Of a DNA stretch of 64,000 nucleotides, positions 26,621-40,120 are shown in pieces. Each line of letters starts with the position of its first letter. The first letter of the stretch is position 1. The notes beneath the pieces are model-generated. The model saw only the letters and a list, made by a program, of their open reading frames with translations. It did no database searches and was not told where the DNA came from. Source of the stretch: Felis catus (taxonomy: Eukaryota); contig NC_058368.1 in assembly GCF_018350175.1 (NCBI RefSeq), forward strand, positions 11,470,001-11,534,000, given 5' to 3'. Both the position numbers and the translations under genes were made by a program.

Positions 26621-27512
26621 ATCACTACTGGAGAAGCATTTTGGATTGTGCACCCTTCAGAGGATGAGAAATCATCTTCCTGTGTTACAAACAGTGCTAT
26701 ACTGAAGTGTAAAAACAAAAAAAAAAATTGAGGAGTAAAAATTTTCCATAGAATATCAGTGGATCAATTTCAGTTTGGTAGTTACTCAACAAGTTTGCGG
26801 TCCTGTCATGGGGAGTTCTTAGGCGAGCCCCTTGCTAAGTGTTAGTGAAGAGGTGAGAGATGGAACAAGCAAACTACAAAACTGAGAAATATCTAGAAAG
26901 GGTTTTGAAGGGTGGGTTGCATTTCCACATCGCTGCCCTCCTCGAGGACACATTTATATTTCACATTGTGTCTTCCAGAAAACTTTCGTATCCTTGAAGT
27001 CATTGATCTTCCTGGGCATGGCAGGTGGGGCAGGTGGTACCAGCCCCATTCTATAGATGAGGAAACCAAGCTGGACTTGTCCAAGGCTTCACCGTTAATA
27101 AGCAATGGGCAAAAACATGGCCTGGCCACAACATCTGGAAATGGGCAAATGTATACAACAAATGGTTTATCTATATTACATTTTTAAAATACGGTTTTGA
27201 TGACATCATGTGAGATGTCTACCCTGAGCAATGCAGAGTTGAATGTGCAGTTCAAAATACAACAAACTCTAGCCTTTTCCATCAGTGCCTTTATATGCAG
27301 CTGTGATGCGCTGCCTCAAAGGACTGTAACTCGGATTTTCACCAAATAACCTGTGTCATGAGCATACCCCAGAAGCTATATGTTAAAATACATTATATGA
27401 TATATACTGCCTATGTTACAGATTATTTAGCCATCCAGTGGCACCCATGCCTTCTGATTCCAGGCCCAATCCTCCCTCCACTATACTCTGCTGTTAAAAT
27501 AAATTCAGCCCT

Positions 27513-27707
27513 GGGGCACCCGGGTGGCTCAGTCAGTTAAGTGTCCGATTCTTGATTTCAGCTCAGGTTATGATCTCAAGGTTCGTGAGACCAAGCCCTA
27601 CATGGGGCTCTACACTCACAGCATGGAGCCTGCTTGGGATTCTCTCTCTCCCTCTCTCTCTGGCCCTCCCACACTCGTGCTTTCTCTTTCTCTCTCAAAT
27701 AAACATT
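27513..27707 (+). mobile_element. Can-SINE
   Basis: ggggcacccgggtggctcagtcagttaag head; aaataaacatt tail. Confidence 0.92.
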
Positions 27708-29298
27708 AATCCAGTCCAGAGATAAGTTACCAGGTTATGACTTATGGTTAGCAAAAACCTAGTCCCGTTCAAGATATAGTTTGTATAGAATATAAACACA
27801 GTTATCTAAACATTTACCCTCAATCATGTAATTGTTACCTTCTCTATAATCAAATCTCAATCAGGAAAATGTATTAATACACTGCAGATTTTTTACAAAC
27901 AAGGGTTAAAAAAAATATTTGTTCATTTGTTTACGGCTTCCTGGTTAAGTCTAAAAACATAGGACTTCTGGTTAAATTATCCTATTTCCCAAACATTCCA
28001 GTTTTCAAACGTGTGTTTCTGTTGAACTTGTAGTTTATTTCTGTTATTTTGTTCAGTTGCTCCTTCCCCACACCCCATTTTTTCTCACATCCCTCAAAGG
28101 GAGATTTCTGTTGTTTTTGCATAGTCTTCTTCCTTCTTGCCCATTTATTCTTTTTCATTTCCTCTTCATCCAACTCTTTCTGTGCTTCTGTATTGTAGTC
28201 CTTGTTTCCTCCCTTCCCTTTTCTTGTTTTTAGACTTCATTTCTTCATTCCTGTATTTATTTGTGGCAACTCTGTTAGTATTATAATAAGGCTTGAGAAT
28301 ACAAGGATGGAAAGAAACTAATAGTTTTCACGCACTGTACATCTGTAATCTAATTTGATCTATTCCAACAGTCTCTGAAGGGTTTTTTTCAATTTTGCAG
28401 GTAAGAAAGTTGAAGTTGAGAGGCTACCTCTATAGGCCAGATTAGTTTAAAGGTAAAAACATACACACAGAAAAGTCTAAAGGACAATTTCCAGCATCTG
28501 TCTAAATGTCTGTGTGGTTTTAGGTACCTGTATGAAATACCAGAAGGGATGTGAGTGGGCTTATAGGAAAAGGTCAACAGAAGGCCAAATTCTGAGTCTG
28601 ATGTTTCCAGCATTTTTGCAAAACCAGCTTGGCTCTCTTCCCATTGCTGGTATTAGCTCAGTGCATTAGAATTGCCCTGCATAACGTGTGGACACGCTCA
28701 TGACCAGAGAATTCAGACAATGAACAAATGTCCTGAAGAAGATGCTTTTGGTCTTTTGTATGTGACAATTCTGAGGACAAAGCGGGTCTGGAAGACCAAT
28801 TGTATACCATCTACCAGAGAGAGTGCTCTCTGAGTCAGTCAAGGCCGGATGATTTATTTAAACCCTCAGGATGCTTTGTTAAATTCTCTGTGTTGTTAGT
28901 AGACCCTGGATGTAGTTTGGCCACTGGAAATGCAGCTTAAACCGCATATTCTCTAGTCCCACCCACCTTACCTGAACCACTGCTGAAAGTGAGGTATGGC
29001 TAGGCACCGTGGGGAGTGTAAAAATGAGGACTGTGTTCCTATTGCAGATAACACTCATGCAGGGCTGAAAATGGGCTATGAGGGCAAATTGGGGAAAAGT
29101 CTTTACATGCTACTAAAGGTGGGCCTTGAGGACAGATGATGGGGTCACCCCCTTGAAATAATGATCTTATGTCCAGAGTTGCTAAGTACAGCTACCATTT
29201 GGCTTCTGTCCCCAAGCAAAACCCAACAAATGTTTGACCTCAGAACACAGCTTTACCTAACCTCAAGTGATTCTCTCCAACTCTCTTGCTCAGTCAGA

Positions 29299-29351
29299 TT
29301 CTGGAACAGTTTGATGTTGCCAGTCTTCTGGAACAGTTTGATGTTGCCAGT
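29299..29351. repeat. Perfect tandem duplication, 2 x 26 bp (27-bp period)
   Basis: TTCTGGAACAGTTTGATGTTGCCAGT at 29299-29324 and 29326-29351. Confidence 0.95.
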
Positions 29352-31275
29352 TATTCCGAGCGCCATTTGCACAGAGACAAGTGGAATGGGGATGGGAAGT
29401 GACCTTGTGATTCACAGAATCTGTGTCTGAATGTAAATAGTGGAACAAACATGCCAGTGATTATTACATGGATGTTTCTGTTTCAGTAAAGTCTGTACTT
29501 GATGGAAGGATTAGTACTTGCCTTACTAAACTTAAAGCTCTGAGTTGAGCTCTCAGAGATGTCAGTCTGCTAGAGATGGAGACAGTATACACACAGGCAT
29601 ATAAAGTCTTCCCGCCCCCAAGCCCTACCCAAGTCTGGTCTGGTCTTTGCACAAGCTGATTTCTGCTCATTCCTAACAGGCGACAGAAGTGAGACATCGC
29701 TGTGGAATGCTTTATAGAAGAGGATACAGCTCCTTGCTGGATATTTAATATTTACTTTCCAGTTTCTCTTTTATTCCTAACATGAAGTTCCAGACTCAAA
29801 ATAATGCAGAAAGTTTACACTGGTGGCCTGTGCACTGTCACCCAATTCACAGACGTATTAAGCTTGTATGATATTTTCTGAATTGGCCTGACATTAAAAA
29901 ATTAAAATTGTTCACACATACGCATACACTTACAACAGAACGCCGTCTCTAAAAAGGAAGAACCAGCAACACTAGGCCTGCCTTCTTTCGTGGCGGCGGT
30001 GAGCTTGGGCAGAAACCAGCTGCCTCTCTGGTCTGCCTTCCTCCACATTCCCACTGCACACTGACTTCCTACCACTGAAGGCAAGAGCCAGGTGCCAACC
30101 ATCATGATGCTTGCACTGCTGTTTTTCTTGTAAGAGAAATGTGTCTCTGTACGTCAGGCCCCCAAGTAGGGAACTGAGAGCTAGATAAATAGGGCTGTGT
30201 GTTTCAGGAAAAATGCGGTACCCATTAGCCCCCATTTGAGAGTGTTACTCTTTGCCTGTGTGAGAAGCATTTTTACGTACACAAGATTCAAGTGCCCATC
30301 TGCTGAACCTGCTCGCTTGGGCATATATTAGAGGTACTGTACATGCTCTCAGTGCATGTATGAAACAAAACAGTTTCTTAAAAAAAAAACAACAACAGCA
30401 TTTGTAATGTTGGGGAAGTATTTTTGAGGGAAGGCTTATTTTAAAAGACAGGCATGATTAATAAATGATTTAGGCTTCTGGGAGATTATAATAGCCATTC
30501 TCTGCGAATAACGCACAGTACTCACTGAGTAGAACATAAGACAAGGAGTATGATCTCCGTGTGTCTCATGAGAGCAGTTTCACTCATCTGCAGACACTGC
30601 TTTACCAGTGTTTTCTCAGCCTGAGCAAAAGGAGGGACACATCTCTTCATGACCCAAAACAGCACTTCTGATTAAGAATTTTGGTTTCCACTGACTTCTC
30701 CATTTCCCGTGGAAGTCATCGGGCATGGCTACCACTAGGTAGTTGAAATTAACAGAAGTGTGGGCCAAGGAGGAGACCCTCAGCTCCAGGGGCTCCAGGC
30801 AGCAGCGTGGGTCTTAGCCATACAATTAACGAATACGGCTCACGTCCCAGGTACTACAAAGCTGGAGATGTTTCCATTTCACTTGTTATAGGTGATTTTA
30901 GTTGGCACACTCCCAATTCAACAGGCATTTCTCAGCACTACTTGAACATTTGACTCTTTGGACTCTAGGACAATGATTTACATTTAGCCCTACTACATTT
31001 CATCTTATATTCAAACCATCATTCCAATTACTAGCATCTTTATGGGCAGTATCTCTCTCATTTATATACTACTTGTCCCTGTATAATCTATGAATGAGAA
31101 GCCTGAAACCTCTGTTCTTGTACAAATTGAACAAGTGACAGTTTCTGCAGCTAATTTATTAAACATCATCCTTCAGATAGAGTCAGTTACTCTTCTGTAA
31201 GGAATCCTTTTTCCTGTGTTGACTGAAAGGAAATGTCTGCTGAAGTTAAATTTTTCTTAAAAATAGTAAATACCA

Positions 31276-31496
31276 GGGGTGCCTGGGGGGCTCAGCCAGT
31301 TAGACGTCCGACTCTTGATTTAGGCTCAGATCATGATCTCACGGTTTGTGAGATCGGGCCCTGCTTTGGGCTCTGTGCTGACAGCGTGGAGCCTGCTTGA
31401 GATTCTCTTTCTCCCTCTCTCTATGCCCCTACCCCACTTATGTGCACTCTCTCTAAATAAATAAATAAACAAATAAAACTTAAAAAATATTTTTTT
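31276..31496 (+). mobile_element. Can-SINE
   Basis: Typical body; TSD AATAGTAAATACC (31262-31274, 31497-31509). Confidence 0.94.
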
Positions 31497-32680
31497 AATA
31501 GTAAATACCTCAGGCTGTGTAATCTGTATCATAGGCTTAAAGGTATTGGTCTTTCAAAGCTTTAAAAGGTATTTATGGCCAAGGTCCAAAAAGCTGCTCA
31601 ACAAACATAATACATCAGTGTGCCAGACGCGAGTGATATGAGCAATAGACGAATACATATTGTTTATACCTACTTAGGAGATTAGATGCATCTGAGTGAA
31701 GAAAGCTGCCACATGAGGCTAGATGGTCTAAATTTTATCCCATTTAATTTAAACCAGTGGCTTTCAGAGATTAAATATGATGAAAATAATAGCTATTACA
31801 TTACACCGTGGCTCATCTTTTGTCATGGTGAAAATTTCTCAGGTTTTTACCTGCCGGGCTACATTATAAGCATAGAAGTCATTTCAGAGCAGAGTACAGA
31901 GAAACAAGAATGGCTATGCTACTGTTAATGAACAACAAACCAGATTATTCTGGGCTTTTAAGCTACACTGCCTGTGATCAGTTCTGAACATCCTGGTTTC
32001 TTGACCTTTTTTTTCCTCATTTTGAGAAAACCTACCTCTAACTCCAATTTATAAATCAAGTGATATTAGGAGTGCAGGAGTGGAGCTTGAAGAAAATCCT
32101 TCTGACCAAATAAAATGGTGACATTCCCATAACAGTTTCAAAAGGAATCTTAAGTCACCCAAACATAAGTACGTTCATAAAGACTTATGAGGGGATTATT
32201 TTTAAAACCTGAATGCAGGAAAATATTAGCACAGGAGAGATAAAAGGTTTTAACATTTTCCATAAAATCACCCTCCAGAAAGGCATTTTTCAGTATCTTT
32301 TTGAGAGCTCGAAATGCAAACGAGGCCCCAGCCTGTGGCCTAGGAAAGGATTCTGAGATAATAAATATCAAGGCAGCTTGAACCAGCCTACCTAAAAAGG
32401 AGACTTTAAGACAGACCCCGAGAACTGCTGTGTGTCAAGTTGGCCATCCCCCAAGAAATACAGTTTTGTGCCCTGAGAGCTGAGTGGGAGGAACTGATTG
32501 ACAATGAAAGTCCTCAGCACCAAGCTGAAGTCAAAAAGGCGCATTTGCCTTTATTGAACAGAGGACATTCTGCTTTAACTGATTTGATGACTTTCTTGGA
32601 TTACAACCTTGTTTTGGAAAACAGTGAAAAGATAGCACATTTTTCAGTACTTAAGGTTTGGTTATAAAAACATCTAGGCA

Positions 32681-32850
32681 TGAAGTTTTCTTGAAAACAG
32701 TAAATACCTCAGGCTGTGTAATCTATGTCACAGGCTTCAACATATTTATCTTTCAAAGCTTTAAAAGATATTCATGGCCAAGGTCCAAAACACTACTCAA
32801 TAAACACAATAGTCATCAGTGTATGTAACTTACACAATATGAGTAACAGG
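32681..32850 (+). repeat. Second copy of a ~170-bp local duplication (first copy 31241-31274 plus 31497-31650)
   Basis: 95-bp core 31497-31591 vs 32696-32790 differs at about 11 positions by eye. Confidence 0.9.
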
Positions 32851-33993
32851 TGAGGCAAGAAAAGACCCTCAGAGAGCAGAGGGTGGAGTTGGAGGTGGTT
32901 GGTAATGGTGAGGCTTTATGTTTGAAGATACTAATAATTTGATAGTTTTATCTTTTGTGTATATGGTACCTTATATTGAATATAATACATTAAACTGGTA
33001 ACAACCCAGAGACTTTTTTTTTTTAGAAAGAGCTTTAAAATAAGTGGTTTTTCCTATCAAGGATTAGAAACTGAGTTAGATATGTCTTTAAATATTCTGA
33101 AAATCCAGAACCAGATATGTTGATCCGTAATCAGGAATGGACATTTTTTTTAGTATTCTGTCAGATTCCGGTTATCTTTCCACACATCACACTTTCCTTA
33201 AAGCCACGTCTATGGTTATGATATGATGACACCAAAAAATGGAAGCCATAATGGAACATGGCCCAGTTACAAATTTATATGCGAAACTACCCATCAGTTC
33301 TAGATTACTTTTAAAAATTGATAAAATTATAAGAAATGAAATACAAGAAAATTATTTGTCATATCTCACTCTTGTTTGAGATTATACAGACTAGATTTAT
33401 TCCTTTGAAATGACTACATCTAGCAGTCCTATAAAATATTCTTAATGAGGAAGGTGAGCTGAATCTAAAGAAAATGCCACTTAGATGGTTAATTATATTC
33501 TATGTTAACTGGATAGTCATCGTTGAGCAGATAAGAAACCAAACAGATTAAAGATCTACCTTAACTGATAGTTAGCAATAGCATAATTTGTTTGGGCTAC
33601 AGTTCTTTCGAGTTACTCAGTTGGTCTCCTCACAGTTTTACTATGTTCGCATATTATTTACAGTTAAACACTAAAACCTTCAAGCAATAAAAGTTTGCAC
33701 TTCTAGTGTCCAACACTGACAAAACCTAAACCAACTAATCAGAGGATCTAAACGATTACGAATTATATTTTTCAGTGACATGTTTCCCATTCAAGCTTCT
33801 TCTTAACTGGACCGCTGTGCATGTTGAATGGGTACAAGATGTGCAACCGTTTATCAAGTTTGGGCAAGCAATGCTAATACTTATGCTGACGGTTCTGCTC
33901 TTGGAAGAGGGCCATGCTTTCTGTTGCATGCATTACACTGACCCTGTACTTTCTTTCCTTTCCTTTGTTTCCTGTGCCATGCTTGCTGTGTAG

Positions 33994-34011
33994 CAAATGG
34001 AATCTCTTGCA
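33994..34011 (+). CDS. FRY: FRY alternative 18-nt microexon (CAAATGGAATCTCTTGCA = QMESLA)
   Basis: Branch-point-like actgac, long pyrimidine tract, TGC-rich spacer (gtgccatgcttgctgtgtAG), consensus donor GTAAGT at 34012; frame-preserving in a phase-0 intron. Confidence 0.85.
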
Positions 34012-35871
34012 GTAAGTTAACTTTCTTTCATACTCTTTATCCATTTTAGGCATGGACCCATAACAAATCTTATTTTTACTGTTACTGTTATATCTCTTAG
34101 CATGTTTTCCCCTTTGCGTTTCATTTTATTTTATTTGGTAGACTAAGACGTGCAGTGAATTAGTAGCATTCTGGGCTGCTTTTGTCCCAAAGTAGAAACT
34201 TAAGTTGCTATGAATTCTCATACTATCAGTGGGATATTTTGAGTAATAACCAGCATTATCTTACACTTACAGAGGACAGAGTTTTCATAGCTAGGTTTCA
34301 CCCTAAATTGTGAAGGTGATGATTTAAACAATACTTTATTTATCTGCAAGACTCTGGCAGTTATCTTTTATATCCGATTTTAACAAACTTCCATAAAGAA
34401 AGGTTTAAGTGATCAAAAAGCAGAATGCTTTACTGAAACAACCAAAGATCTAATTTGGGTTAAATCTGTGAGTGTAGCTACTTCTTTAAACTTATGTTCA
34501 CTATCAGCACCGAGAGATCAAATAAGTCTAAACCTAAATCTAGAATGGTTCTTTTCCCCCAGGGGCCAGGGAAAGGACAAGAGAAAGAAAACTTCATTCA
34601 CTATAGCCTTAGTATGATTTTGGTAACTTTTAACAATTAGGGTCAAAAGTCTGTTAACAACACTGTAGGATATCTTCTTAAAGCCTAAATTTAAATTCTT
34701 ATAATTTCTCTCCCTCAACTCATTTGGGGGAACAATTTTAAATGACCTCAGAAGCTCTCCATTCTGAGTTCTTTATGACTATTAGCAAAAGAAAGGGCCT
34801 ATTTATCCTTACTTAACCACATTTGAAAACTGAACAGTGACATGTTTAGTTGAAGCCACATATTTAACCCACTTTCACTGGTGCCTGCTGAGCCATGAAA
34901 TTCTATCTCATGAAGGCTGCACTTTTCCTTTCACAGAATGCACATCCACCACCTAGGAGCTAACTGATTCTTCGAGTAAAACAGGCGAAGTGTAGAGGCC
35001 ATTGCAAACAGATACGGCTCAAAGAGTAGTATGATCGTTGGTGTTGGAATTACTCAAGATGTACTTTTCCCTCATGGTATACATAAGCCATATAATGAAA
35101 ACATTTTTAATTCCAGAGGTATCTATAGGGCTCAAGGGCCATTTTAGAGGACTAGTTTTTGATGTTCTTTCCACGGAGAGTTTTGAATGTGTACTTAATT
35201 TCTCCTTTTTGGAAGCACTTGTAGCCCCTTTCTATCTCTGTAATTCAACAAACATTTATTGAGCACCGAGTAGAAGCACTGTCAATAAAACAGATACAGC
35301 ACCTTAGAGGAACATATGACTGCCTGCTGTGTTTACACAGGCTTTAAGATGAGCGTCTGCACCCAAAAAGGCCGCCACAATTGTCTCATGGAGTAACCTC
35401 CCAAACTGCTGGATTTATAAATTTAACACCTAGAATGACTTAATGTTTTGCTTTTCAATAAAAATTGAAAAATGTCTTCAATTGAAAAATTAAATTTCCC
35501 TTGAATAAAAAATTTTTCAAACAATTTTAGCTTATAAAAATTAAGACAACCACAATGAAGATGACCGTGGTCGTAATTTGTACATGCATAATTGGCAAAT
35601 ATACGGGAATGTGGCGATTCACGGAGTCCCTTTAGAGCTACTACTCCTCTCTAATTGGTCAACTTCCAGGAGCGATTCTATATCATATTGTGATTTTTCT
35701 CACTGATATTTATTGACTGGATTCTATTGTTCTGTTTCATCTGGAGTAAGAACAGCTAGTTATGTTTCCTTGATTTAGAGAGGAAAACATGTTTTTCTAC
35801 CCTGAGACTTCACTTGCTATACAAGAGTGATCTTTAATAACGACTTCTTCCCGTGCAAACTCTCTCTCTAG

Positions 35872-36090
<219 letters not shown>

Positions 36091-39000
36091 TAACTGATCT
36101 ACAGCACCAGGACTGGGGTGAGGCAAGCGACAAGCCTCGGCTCAAAACTGAAGGATGACCCTGAGAGCGAGGGCCTCCCCGATGCTGTGCCGAAAGGCCT
36201 CACTTGGCCCACCCTCGTCCTGGCCCTGGTGTTCTGGACATCGATACTTAAAAACGTTCCCGGTATTGTGGTTTTTCTTCTTGAGATTTAGCTTTTTGTA
36301 CCTGCCACCTCTGAGACAGGGATAAAGAGGACTGAGTCCACAGTGCATCCACACCTATGGGTCAGAGACGACTTCTCCCCCAGTAGACCACGCCCAGGCT
36401 TAACCACATCTCGCAGGCAGTTAAATGTGAGGAGCTGAGGTCGGAGGAGAGATGTGGTGGACTAAAGGTACAGATGTGCTGGGCACCAGTGAACAGCCAG
36501 GAGTCTATGAAACCATCCTACCAAGAGGGGTGAGGGGAGGAGGGAGCCCAGGAAACCGCACATCGGAGGAGGGGAGAGGAGGAGAAACACAAATGCCAGT
36601 GATGAAAGGAAAATGGGTAGTTTTTAAGGATACTTCCAAAGGCCAATTTCAAGGGCGGGGTAGGAAACAAACAGGTTTCCAACACAGCGTTGCAGATTAT
36701 TAGATAAAAGACAACACAGTTGATACAAATTATAGGACATGTTGTCAAGATAAAGTTTGCTCTTATTACTATTCTAGCAAATACTAACAGGATCCTTAGA
36801 GTCCATCTATGCTCAAAAACTAATGCACATGCAAATGTGACTGATGCCATTTTCTATATTTACAAAGCAATTTAAGTTTCACTTTAGATTAAGAAATTAA
36901 GTATTCATACCATGTGTATATATGTTTTGCATAATTATTTAAATCTAGTAAATTTAAAGTGATTTCTCCTCAGTTATTTTAAATCTAGGTAAGTTTTAAA
37001 TGCTACATACATACACACAGTATATAAGACATCCCTAGATTTAAAATAATTAAGATACTGACTTGCAAACTTAAAAATTATACACATAAAATTCTCTAAT
37101 ATCGTTTTTTAATTAAAGTATACTTGACATACAATATTATATTAGTTTTACACATACAACATCCTGATTCCACATTTATATACATTAGGGAATGCCACCC
37201 CAGTAAGTGTAGTTACCAAAGTTATTATAATATTATTTACTCTATGCTGTACTTTTCATCCCTGTGACTTATTTTACAACTGGAACTTTGTACCTCTTAA
37301 TCCCCTTCACATCTTTCACCCAGTCCCCAACCCCTCTCCCCTCTGGCAACCACAAGTTTGTTCTCTATGTTTGAATCTGTTTCTGCTTTTTTGTTTTGTT
37401 TTTTAGATTCCACGTGTAAGTGAAATCATATAGTGTTTATCTCTTCCCATCTGACTTACTTAGCATAATACCCTCTAGATGCATCCATGTTGTCAAAGGC
37501 AAGATCTCATTGTCTTTATGACTGTGTAATTATCCATTGTGTGTATATGTGTGTGTATCTTTGTACCACGTCTTCTTTACATATTCATCTATCAATGGAC
37601 ACTTGGGGTGCTTCCATTATCTTGGCTATTGTAAATAACCCTGCCATAAACAAAGGGGTACATTTATCTCCTCTAATTAGTGGTTTTGTTTTCTTTGGGT
37701 AAGATACCCAGTAGTGGAATAAGTGGATCATACGGTAGTTTTAATTTTTTGAGGAACTTCCATACTGTTTTTCCACAGTGGCTGCCCCAATTTACATCCC
37801 CACCAACAGTGCACAAGGGCTTCCTTTCCCCAGTCTCCCCAGCGCTTGTTACTTCTCATCTTTCGGATATTAGCCATTCTGACTGGTGTGAAGGGGTACC
37901 TCGTTTTGGTTTCAATTTGCATTTCCCTGATGATTAGTGATGTTGAACATCTTTTCCTTGGACTGTTGGCCATTTGTAGGTCTTTGGGAAGAGTGCCTAT
38001 TCAAGTCCTCTGCCCATTTTTTCATCAGGTTGTATGAGTGGTAATGTATTTTGGAGATTAATCCTTTATCAGATACATCATTTGCAAATACTTTCTCCCA
38101 TTTAATACGTTGCTTTTTCACTTTATTGACGGATTCCTTTACTGCACAAAAAGTTTTTAGTTGCATGTAATCCTACTTGTTTCTATTTGCGTTTGTTGCT
38201 CTTGCCTGAAGAGATGTATCCAAAAAAGTATTGATAAAACCAGGGCCCAAGAGTATACTGCCCATCTTTAATCCATTTTATTTTTGGACATGGTATTAAA
38301 AAGTGGTCTCATTTTTCCAACACCATTTCATGAAAAGATTTTTTTCTCCTCCATCATATATTTGTGCCCTGTCCATTAATTGTGTAACTATGGATTTATA
38401 TCTAGGCCCTCTTCTATTTTCCAAGCATCTGTGTGTCTTTTTGTTCCACTACCATACTGTCTTTGATTACTATAGCTTTGTAATATAGTTTGAAGTCTGG
38501 GATTGGGATACCTCCAGCTTTGCTGTTCTGTCTCACAATTGCTTTGGCTTTGGGGGTTCTGTGATTCCATATAAATTTTGGGATTTGTTCTAGTTCTATG
38601 AAAAATGCCATTGGTATTTTCACAGGAATTGCACAAAAGCTGTAGAATGCTTTGGGTAGTATTGACCTTTTTAAAATAATCTTCCAATATGTGAGCATGC
38701 TGTATCTTTCCATTTGTGTCATCTTCAGCTTCTTCCATCAACGTCTTATGGTTATCAGAGTGCAGATCTTTTACCTCCTTGAATTTATTCCTATGCATTC
38801 TATTCTTCTTCATGGAATTGTAAATAGGACTGTTTTTCTTAATTTCTCTGATAGTTGGCTATTAGTGTACAGAAATGTAACAGATTTCTGTATGTTAATT
38901 TTGTATCCTGCAACTTTACTGAATTCATTGATTCTAATCGTTTTTTGGTGGAGTTTAGAGTTTTCTATGTATAGTATCCCGACATCTGCAAGTAGTGACA

Positions 39001-39692
39001 GTTTAATGTACTCCTTACCAATCTGGATGCTTTTTCTTTCTTTTTCATGTCTGATTGCTGTAGCTAGTACTTCCAGTACTATATTGAATAAAAATGGCAA
39101 GAGTTGGCATCCTTGGCTTGTTCCTGATCTTAGAGGAAAAGCTTTTAGCTTTTCCCTGTTGAGTATGATGTTAGCTACAGGTATGTTATATATGACCTCT
39201 AGTACATTGATGTATGTTCCCTCTATACCCACTTTAAGAGGTTTTTTTATGAATGGATGCTGAATTTTGTCAAATGCATTATTTGAATCTATTGAGATCA
39301 TATAATTTTTATCTTTCATTTTGTTAATGTAGCTTGTCACATTGGTTGATTTGTAGCTATTGAACCATTCCTATATCCCTGAGATAAATCCCCTTGATCA
39401 TGGCAAATGCTCCTTTTAATATATTGATGAACTCTGTTTGCAAATGTTTTGTCGACAATTTTTACATATATAGCATTAGAGCATTCCTTTCTCTTCAACT
39501 TTTGGGATACTTTGAGAAGGATAGGTATTATTTTTTTTTACATGTTTGGTAGAAATCACCCATGAAGCCATCTGGTCCTGGACTTTTGTTTGCTGAGAGT
39601 TTGGGGATTATTCAATTCCATTACTAGCAATTTGTTCAGATTTTCTATTCCTGATTCAGTCTTGGAAGATTATTCCTAGGAATTACTCAACA

Positions 39693-39897
39693 TTTTTTTA
39701 ATGTTTATTTTGAGAGAGAGAGAGAATGCACACAAGCCAGGGAGGGGCAGAGAGAGAAGGGGAGAGAAATCCCAAGGAGGCTTCTTGCTGCTAGCACATA
39801 GCCAGACGTGGGGCTTGAACTCATGAACTACAAGATCACGACCTGAGCCGAAACCAAGCGTCAGATGTTTAAACCAACTGAGCCATCCAGGCACCCC
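39693..39897 (-). mobile_element. Can-SINE inside the intronic L1, no TSD seen
   Basis: Reverse-complement head ctgagccatccaggcacccc; T-rich tail. Confidence 0.92.
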
Positions 39898-40120
39898 AGT
39901 CTTTATCTTTTCTAGTAAGCCACTCTTAGTTTCATTTTTCCATTTTTTTAGATTCCATTTCATTTATTTCTACTCTGATCTTTTGTCATTTCCTTTCTTC
40001 TACTAACAGTGCTTTGTTCTTCTTTAGTTCCTTTAGATGTCAGGTTAGATTAAGATTTTTCTTATTTCTTGAGGTAGGCTTGTAGCATTGTAAATTTTCC
40101 TCTTGGAAATACTATTGCAA

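Noticed and set aside
38652..39263. 203-aa hydrophobic plus-strand ORF
   Set aside because: Antisense reading of A-rich L1 ORF2 gives a spurious Phe/Leu/Ile-rich peptide.
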